Part shown: in pieces, positions 25,453 through 33,432 of the stretch
Layout of the letters: every line of letters begins with the position of its first letter
Position numbering within the stretch: position 1 is the stretch's first letter
NCBI GenBank assembly: GCA_003990765.1
Contig: RBNJ01000311.1
Span: 1 to 33,432, forward strand
Source: Jimgerdemannia flammicorona
Lineage: Eukaryota
Length of the DNA: 33,432 nucleotides
Direction of reading: 5' to 3'
Notes under the pieces: model-generated
Databases searched by the model: none
What the model was told of the DNA's origin: nothing
Seen by the model: only the letters and a program-made list of their open reading frames with translations
Translations under genes and position numbers: made by a program

Positions 25453-27703
25453 ATGGAGCTTTCGTACGTCGCAGACCCCTCCCACCCACCCTCATCCTCA
25501 CTCATCATCCATAAGGACCATCCTTTCAACGCAGAACCGCCACTGCCACAGCTCGTCGAGCACTATGTCACACCCGAACCCACATTCTTTAAACGTAATC
25601 ACGGACCCATCCCGGACATCGATAAGACGAAGCATCGCGTCGAAGTGAAAGGTTTGGTGGCGACGAATTTGAGTCTGGGCGTGGAGGAACTGAGGAGCAG
25701 ATTCGAAAAGGTCGACGTCGTGGCCACTTTAGAGGTTGGTATAGGGTTTGGGTTGTAGGAGAAAAGAGAATGGTACAATGGATGTACTAACTCAAAAGGC
25801 GAATTTGTCTTTCGTGCTGCTCATTACCTTCTCAATCCTTCGTCCATGACTCTTTTTACTTACGCATTACCAGTGCGCTGGCAACCGCCGCGACCATCTC
25901 GACAAAGTCAAAAAGACCAAGGGAGTACGTAATGAGTAAATATCAATACCTTTTCCCCTGTTTTCTACTTCGCGTAACCTGATGTATCCTTTCCAACAGG
26001 TTATTTGGTCGGCTGGCGCAGTTGGTACGGCCTGGTGGACAGGTGCCCGCCTTCGCGACGTCCTGATGGCGGCCGGGGTTCGCACGGATCCGCGCAACCG
26101 CGTGCAGGCCACATGGCATGTTGCATTCGAGGGAGCAGACGAGTGTGAGGAGGAGAAGGACAAAGACGTGGGGAAGAGAGGCTATGGGTCGTCCATTCCA
26201 TTGGAGAAGGCCATGTGAGTATCTACATTGTTCTTTATGATGTGTGTGTGTGTGTGTGAAAGAGATTTTGACGGCCTGCATTTACGGTACGCGCACATGA
26301 TAAAAGACGAGAATAGAAGAAAGATGAAGGCAACGACCCGGGCTTCTAGTGGGATTCATTGCAGTTGCTCTTGTTTTATTTCTTGAGTTTTCCATTCAAG
26401 ATCTATTCTGAAAGGATGGATACTCATGAATATATTCATTTTCGTTCACACACAGGGATCCGCTTGGCGACGTATTGCTCGCCTACGAGGTATGATTACG
26501 CTAGATCGCCTCGTTCATTTGGTGCATAGTGTGGGAGGACCGCAGGTGACGCCACGTGGGAATCCGACGGAGGAAACCAACACAAATCAACACGTCTCTC
26601 TATTAAATTCCCGCCAGATGAATGGAAAGCCACTCTCCCGCCTTCACGGCTATCCTATCCGCGTCGTCGTCCCAGGCTACATTGGCGCTCGCTCAGTTAA
26701 ATGGCTCGCGCGGATCACCATCCAGGCCGAGGAATCAAGGGCGTTCTTCCAGCAGCGGGACTATAAGATTTTGCCCCCTTTTGTAAGTGTTAATATAGGG
26801 TTGGTGAGAAGCAAAAAAAAAAAACGTAATACTATGCAATACTATTAACCAAATCAACCGATTCATTGTCCCTAGGTAACATCTGACGAGGAGGCCGCAG
26901 AATACTGGGACCGTGTGCCCTCAATTGGGGAGACGAACGTGCAGAGCGTGATCTGCGAGCCGGCGAGTGCAGAGGATGTGAGGCCTGGCATGGCTACAGT
27001 ACGCGGGTACGCATTTTCAGGTGAGTTACATTTGTTTGCATCAAGAGCTTTCGTCATGGTTGATATTGGGCTTTGTGTACAATATTACATTTAATTTATC
27101 TGCCTTTTGATTTTATTGACATCTAGGGGGCGGCAGGCTCATCCAGCGAGTTGGTAAATGTTCTTTATTTCCTGCTCTACAATCATTGAATTCTTTAAAG
27201 GGGGGGAGGGGGGATAAAGTTTCTATACTCAAACTCTCATAAATTCCTCCACCAGACCTCTCAATCGATGGTGGCCAGACTTGGCGCTGTGCTGACCTCT
27301 GCCAACCTTCGACCGGCCCGCGTCAGTGGTCATGGTGCCTGTGGCAGGCGCGCGTGCGGCTGGAGAAGGACTCGAGACTTGTGTGTCGGGCGGGTAAGTT
27401 GATTTTCATGGTTATGGGCGTCGTATCATCACACGATGTCCCAAGGTTGTGGAACATATATCTCACATTTCTTTATTCTGGATACGGTGCTCTCCAGTCG
27501 ATTTGGCCGGCAACACACAGCCAGAAGAACCCATGTGGAATTACCGCGGGGTGATGAGTAACGCAAGGTTCCGCATTCCCGATAACAAGGTGCCGGCCCA
27601 AAGTTACGAGAAGAAGGGCAAGAAATTGACACAAACTCAGCCGCCCGTACATATTCAGGCTCATTTGTCGGACAAGAAATCAGGAACAAAAGCCAATTTC
27701 TGA
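25453..27703 (+). CDS. Molybdopterin sulfite oxidase without a cytochrome b5 domain (plant-type), about 9 exons
   Basis: PFNAEPP, FFKRNHGPIP, the Moco cysteine in LE|CAGNRR, YGSSIPL, LLAYE|MNGKPLSRLHGYPIRVVVPGYIGARSVKWL, GYAFS|GGGR, WNYRGVMSN; ATG at 25453, stop at 27701-27703. Confidence 0.92.
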
Positions 27704-28484
27704 AAGCTGTTTCGCTCGTAATGTGCCGTGTTAATGTGAATGAACACAGTCTGTGGTCACTTTGGGTTTACCTTTTTTTTTACTTCTTTTCTTCTATCTC
27801 CTCGGTGATTTGTCGCACGGATACAAACGAGTCCTCCATTTTCTCTGCGTGATTCATCGGACATTTTGCATATTTCTGACCTATACTTCTACAGAATTCC
27901 TGTACAGAGGTGCATTTAATCTACATGAGAACTATATACATGAGAACTATCTGTAACCAACGCTGACTGCTATTTCATAGCAAATATATCGTAGATCAGT
28001 TGGTTTTACACTTCATTTCCATCATGGATGTTTTTTGCTGCAGTATCTCCATAAATTTTCTGGTATATACTGAATCTGAAAAATGCCACTCATGATTTGA
28101 TCGGATGGCTCGAGTTGCACATCACAGTATTGGCCTAGCCACTGCCAAATCTATGCCAACTGGTGCTCCTGGCAAACTTGTGGACCACATGCATTATGGA
28201 CTCAAGTAACAAATGATGATAGTCGAATGCATTACAAAATGTCCCTTATTCTTATAAGGCACCATGCTATTAGCATTCCCATAGAACCTTTCGTCGCTTA
28301 ACAAAGGCCACACCTGCAAGCGGCGCAAAGCGTTGGATCGCGGGCAGGCAAAGACGGATCCCCACCCCGTGCAGAGGTCCCATTGCTGACGTGAGCATGG
28401 TTGCCGAGGCCTTGTGGCCGAGGCCGCGCGAGCACGTTGCCGCGAGCGCGGTTGCTATGAGTGCGGTTATACTGGCTCTCTTAC

Positions 28485-28562
28485 TAGTGTAGCTTTGTTT
28501 GCGTGTAAGCGCGGCCTTGTGTAGTGTAGCTTTGTTTGCGTGAAAGCGCGGTCCTTGTGTAG
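28485..28562. repeat. Two-copy 37/38-bp tandem repeat, preceded by a GC-rich short-repeat tract (about 28400-28470)
   Basis: tagtgtagctttgtttgcgtgtaagcgcggccttgtg / tagtgtagctttgtttgcgtgaaagcgcggtccttgtg. Confidence 0.85.
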
Positions 28563-28624
28563 CATAACTTTATTGGAGCCATTAGCCATCTTTGGTCAGA
28601 AATGTTGGACGCCTATATTGGAAC

Positions 28625-29800
28625 CTAAATTAGGGTACAAGTCCTGCAAGGGAGTAGGCTGACTCTGGTGAGGTAACGAAGGAGAATGTTGCAACACCTT
28701 GGACCCACCTAGGCCATGGTGGAGATATCCACAGCATCTGCATGTACTCTTCTGTATAGAGAATGATCTGACACAATAGGTGCTTGTGCATTTGATGTTA
28801 CCAAAAATAGAAGTGCGACCATGTATACATTGCACGTGCAGTCTTAGAATGAATATGATGCCCTCATCTGACCATCCTCTACATGCAGAACTCTAGTAGG
28901 AGAATAATACAAAAGTTCTCACATAGCCACTATGCGAGCTTATGATAGTAGTCATTGATTAGGCATCAAATTCACTTGCTGTAATCTGTAAATGGTAATT
29001 TTACATATAAGTTTGTATAAGTAAATAAAATACTTCAGCAAAAATGATGCCTGCTTAAATTCAACCTCATGCATGCCAAACCATCCCAAACTGACCTGTA
29101 GTACTTACATTTGTTCACCTTCTCATAGATGCTGTCTCACTTGTTCTGCAGTCTGTCATATATATGGCTCAGTCTGTAGATATGGGCAATATCATTCTTT
29201 CTCCACTCATTACTAGCTCACTCAATTGCTAGCCCACTTGAGTTGTATCTAGTCATAAATTTTTGCACACCAGAATCCAGTATAATAACCCCTGCACTCC
29301 TTTCACCAGACATAGGACCTTGACTCTCAGCCCATACATTGGAATATAGAGATAGAATTTACTAAGATAATTTATTATAAGCTAACTATCATACTCAAGA
29401 CTAGAGAGGAATACAAATTCACCATGTGATTTCTCCCAGTACTTGAAAAGTATTGCAACTGACTGCTGATAGTCCTTTTTAGAATGAAACTTTATTTAAA
29501 ACATCTTGTATTTTGCTGTAAAGTTGAAGGCATACTTATTATAGATACATATCATATAGTATCTCCAGAACTCACTTATCATTATCTTTAAAGTTGAAAG
29601 CATTGAAATACTGTATCTACAGATTCTTTTTATAATATTTTATGCCTTTATTTTGAACTATAATGAGACACTAATTATAAGTCTACTGTATTGTCTCTAT
29701 CTATGCTCAGAGCTTTTCTCACTCATTGTAGATAGGAAAAAGATAGATATATCACATCTTACTCACTAGAGATTTCTCTTCTTTCATCTTTTTCTTAAAG
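28625..29800 (-). pseudogene. tnpB: TnpB/Fanzor2 RNA-guided RuvC nuclease pseudogene
   Basis: N-terminal YIYLFP..E*EKL*A*IETIQ*TYN*CL, then K*VLEILYD, KFHSKKDYQQSVAI and LEYDS*LIINYLSKFYLYIP. RuvC-I GVIILDSGVQKFMTRYNSSG (Asp at about 29275-29277). RuvC-II KLA*WLCENFCIILLLEF (Glu at 28891-28893). Then SKTARAMYTWSHFYF, TEEY, CRCCGYLHHGLGGSKV and NILLRYLT. Confidence 0.9.
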
Positions 29801-29829
29801 GTCTTAGGCTTTTTTGATAATTTCTTATC

Positions 29830-29973
29830 TTTTTTTATAATTAGTAGTAGAACATAATTCATTATGTTATACTATAAATACTATAATGATAGAGAGTAGA
29901 TCTTCTGTAAGCTTACCAGCCTCACTGTTATCAGCATCAATATTAGAACCAAGTATCACAAGTTGAGTCTTAT

Positions 29974-30015
<42 letters not shown>

Positions 30016-30925
30016 ACTTGGACTCTTCCTTTATTACCCCCATCTATCCCATATAAGTACAGTGAACCCACCCCCTATCCAATCCCCCTAGGGGGGCCCC
30101 TCCCCTCTTCTTCTTCTCGATGAAACACCACTCTATCAAAAACAATCCCCACCCTCCTATATACCACTCTATTTACATATCCTTGCTATTAAACCTTACC
30201 ATCGCCCCTCTGAAGGACTCCAACCTATCCACCATCCAGTCATCAGATCCCCCAACAGCTCCTCCCACCTTAAAATCTTCTCCTACAGTGTCATCTGCCA
30301 CTCTTTCTCAAATACAAATAGCCAATGTCCTGCCAATCCCACCCAAACTGCTAATACCCAACTAACAGTGAGCTAACTATTACCCACCCCCCCTACTAGC
30401 CGAGATCTCAAATCCTCCCAGCAATCCCCCTCATCTGCCAGCCTGTGCTCCACACTCAGTCTATTCTCTATTTCAACCCAAAAGTCCCCCAAAATGAGTC
30501 TTATTCTTTGTAAAGATCTACTTTATAAGCTCTAATCCAAAATAACACAGCTGGTCCTTTTGGGTAACTACCACTTCTTCAACTCCTCTTGCATATATGT
30601 ATTCCAAAAGGGCTATAAAACTCCTATATTTCTAGTTAAGCCCTGAACTGATATTGCTGATAATCTCATGGCTTGGGAAATACTTTTGCAGATCAGTGAT
30701 TTATCATTTGAGGTCTCATTGTTGGTGTTCTGAGCTAACTCTGATATAGCAGACCTTGACCTTTTTTGTGATCTGGTTTGTTGGTTGGTTGTCACCAAAA
30801 GCTCTTCACACATTTGTGATAGAGTAGAGTTGTTTGCCACCAGAGATTCTGACAATAGCAATTTTTCCAACATCATATGTCTCTTGTATTTTGCTCGTGC
30901 TTGTGTATGTAGTATTGGTTGTATT
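29830..30925 (-). pseudogene. tnpA: IS607-type TnpA serine recombinase pseudogene (split by the LINE at 29976-30494)
   Basis: SKIQETYDV.GKIAIVRISGGKQLYS (wHTH remnant). KVCYIRVSSEHQ (YxRVSS catalytic-Ser motif, about 30731-30748). EIISNISSGLN*K, VEEVVVTQKDQLCYFGLEL, then, across the LINE, KTQLVILG...KLTEDLLSIIIVF. Confidence 0.9.
29976..30494 (-). mobile_element. 5'-truncated LINE insertion with poly(A) tail and 15-bp TSD
   Basis: Poly(T) at 29976-30009. TGAGTCTTATTCTTT is duplicated at 29964-29978 and 30495-30509. AATAAA on the - strand just before the tail. 3' end similar to 1180-1235. Confidence 0.9.
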
Positions 30926-31429
30926 TTTGTAGGATTGTGGAATAATGCGGAGTATTCACAAAAGATAATATGCGCGTTTCGCATGTTGCTTTAAAAAAGG
31001 TAACGCCACTAAATGTACGGTCATATATATTAATAAGATGAATTGTGTGGTTTATTTCGGAATGTTCGAAAATGATTCAACGGTGCATAAACTCGAATGC
31101 TTGATAGTGATACACCAGTAGTATCCTACATCAGTATACGTCGCTTTTCGGACCAGAGCGAATGACAATGTGATATATTGATACCGAGATGTCCAAATAA
31201 AAGATGCTCGTGATAACAAAATAAAGGGAACATGATTGGGTCTCAACACATTCCACACATAAAGTGCTAATAATGCCATAATGTCACATGTGCAAAGTCT
31301 GTCCATGCATTCCGTGCCCCTAACCACCCTCTCTCTCATGCACAGGAGGGAAAGAAAAAAAAAGTGAAACAAACACCACGGAAATTCCTCGTGCAAGGTT
31401 GTTCCGAACAGCTGTCCGCAACCCGCCCA

Positions 31430-33415
31430 TTATTCCTTCTTCTCAGCCTTTTTCGTCCCTCCGTTCTGTTCCTTCTTGTGCTTGATCGTCAAACAGTTGA
31501 TATCAAAGTAATCGCACAGGTCGTTGATGACCGAGATAGCGAAATGGAGGTAGTGCACCAGCGAGAAGGCGAAGGCTACCCAGAGGAACGGGGCTTCTTT
31601 AGCGCCGGTGAAGAAGGGTTGACTGTGGGTTGGCCGGCAATTTAGTATAAATATATATATAGTGAAATTAGATGCACCACATTCCTTCATAGGAACACAA
31701 ACACCTTGCCTCTCACCAACAACTTGTCCATCATCAATAATGCTAGAATAATTTCAACACCTACATATTTGCGATGATGGGTAGATTCGCGTTCACGCAA
31801 CCTATAATCAGTGGTACCATCATCAGGTTCACAAAGGGGAACGGCGCCTCAGTGACGTGGGCAACGATGATCAGACCGACCTGGTACCCAAAGGAGCAGC
31901 CAATGTAGAGCGCGAAGGGAATCAAGTGATCAGTGACGATGGTAGGTGAGGCACGAAGCCACATATAGGCGGTGACGGAGGCGGAAAAGAAGGGGACCAG
32001 GCCGGCCAGCGCGGGAAGGATGGGGCGATGGTTGGCGACTGCGGCGCGATAGACGTTGATGGAGCTATATGAGAGGAAAATATTTCTTTTAGAGAATACT
32101 TGGCCAAGGCTATTCTGTTTGGATGGGAAGAGTATTGGGCCCATGGAATGGGCTTGATAATAATGAATACACACCTGGCAAAGGTGTTGGCCGACAACCC
32201 CACGGCACCAAACAGAAGGAACGCCTCGTTTATTTGGAGCTGGGCCAAGAAAGGTGGCAACGCGTCAGCGGCCACAGCGGGCAAGATAGAGAGACTGTCG
32301 ATGTGGGCCAGCCACACCTCGGCGCCGTATATGCCGCTGATGATGTGAATGGCAATGATGGCGAGGATACCCTCAACCGGACCGCTGAAATAGCTGAGGT
32401 AGAGGGTGCCAGTGTGGTATTCTTCCCAGGTGGAGAGGTAGAAGCTGCCGAGACCTGTGTGTTTTTGGTAAGAAAGAAAATCGCGATGCCAGGATAAATA
32501 TACACACAAGAAATGGAGACCCCTGTCTTCCCTTCCCTCCAATTGCTGACACAAAAAATGAAGACCACAAACAGTAGGTCAGTATAGGATTACTCACTGG
32601 AAAAGAGGCACAATATGGTATACCATGACTGACCAAGGCCAAGCGACGAAACGGTAAGCAGGCATTCAAGCTACCAAAAAAATTCGGGTGTGGTGGTGAG
32701 GAAAAAAATTAATATTAATGGAACAGATCTGTTGGTATATATATATATATAATCCCCTTACCGTGATGTTTAATGCGTCGCAACCTAACAGTATATTATC
32801 GGGATATGACTGGGATTAGATTAAAGATGTGCAAAAACAACGGTGAAAGACGAAACAAAGAATTGAAAGATATGATACCGTGGTCGAACAGCTCGCCTAG
32901 TGGACCTGAAGTGCCTGTCCGACGAGCCTGCTTCCCGTCGATGGCGTCGAGAGATTGGTAAACCCACAGGCCGAGTGCGAACCTAGATGAGATCAGCAGT
33001 AATATATCGGCGAATGAGACAAGGGAGGAAGGGGGGTTTCTCCACAAGAGAGTGAATAAATTCAGCAAATTCGACTGGATAGCACATACGTGAGATGGAC
33101 CCATTGTGGGCAGGGGCCAAGGTCCGGAGCGTAGTATAAGAGGGTAAGAATGTTGAAGAGAATGCAGATAAGACCAGAGAGGGTGATGAGATTTGGGCTA
33201 AATGATGGAATGCACAAGGATTAGCCGAGAAAAATTGGTTGGTGTTGAGCGACATGTTTTCCAAAGATAAGAACCTACGCGACGGTTAACGGGAAGAAGG
33301 TGACGAGCCAGGACCAGTATTTGGAGAGGACGTAGCGGGAAACGAGGGACTTGTCCACACCGCTGTAGCGGTAATTGGAAAGGTTATTGCGGTATTTGTG
33401 GTCGATATAGGGCAT
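31430..33415 (-). CDS. Choline/ethanolamine phosphotransferase (CDP-alcohol phosphatidyltransferase, EPT1/CPT1-like), multi-exon
   Basis: ATG at 33415 ([30 protein letters not shown]), [72 protein letters not shown]; lysine-rich C-terminus. Confidence 0.95.
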
Positions 33416-33432
33416 GAGGGGGGTGGGGTGGG

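Larger units (their letters stand above)
28586..31007 (-). mobile_element. Degenerate eukaryotic IS607-family element (TnpA serine recombinase + TnpB/Fanzor2), interrupted by a LINE
   Basis: Manual - strand translation through the stops gives tnpA then tnpB in IS607 order. The span is CpG-depleted. Candidate GG dinucleotides lie at both ends (31007-31006 and 28587-28586); the end positions are inferred. Confidence 0.88.

Noticed and set aside
28485..28562. CRISPR array next to a Cas12-like nuclease
   Set aside because: Only two adjacent copies and no spacer between them.
30613..30984. 123-aa ORF as an independent host gene
   Set aside because: It is an alternative frame overlapping the TnpA pseudogene inside the IS607 element. 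It may be an N-terminal extension of the TnpB frame, but it is not a separate gene.

Overview
Intron-rich fungal genomic DNA; gene structure and homologue style suggest an early-diverging (Mucoromycota/Endogonales-like) fungus, which is an inference. Recognisable genes are CENP-C/Mif2, a macrodomain protein, TatD DNase, a small coiled-coil protein, an intronless Zn2Cys6 transcription factor, the mitochondrial GTP/GDP carrier GGC1, a heme-less (plant-type) sulfite oxidase and a choline/ethanolamine phosphotransferase. Two lesioned genes of unknown function are also present. The main find is hidden from the ORF track by stop codons. At about 28.6-31.0 kb (- strand) lies a degenerate eukaryotic IS607-family element, with a TnpA serine recombinase followed by a TnpB/Fanzor2 RNA-guided nuclease gene that carries an apparent spliceosomal intron. 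The element has candidate GG-bounded ends and a putative omegaRNA region. It is riddled with C>T/G>A transitions and split by a 5'-truncated LINE with a 15-bp target-site duplication. A related LINE 3' end sits at the start of the window, and an extreme AT island at about 17.5-18.2 kb shows RIP-like decay.
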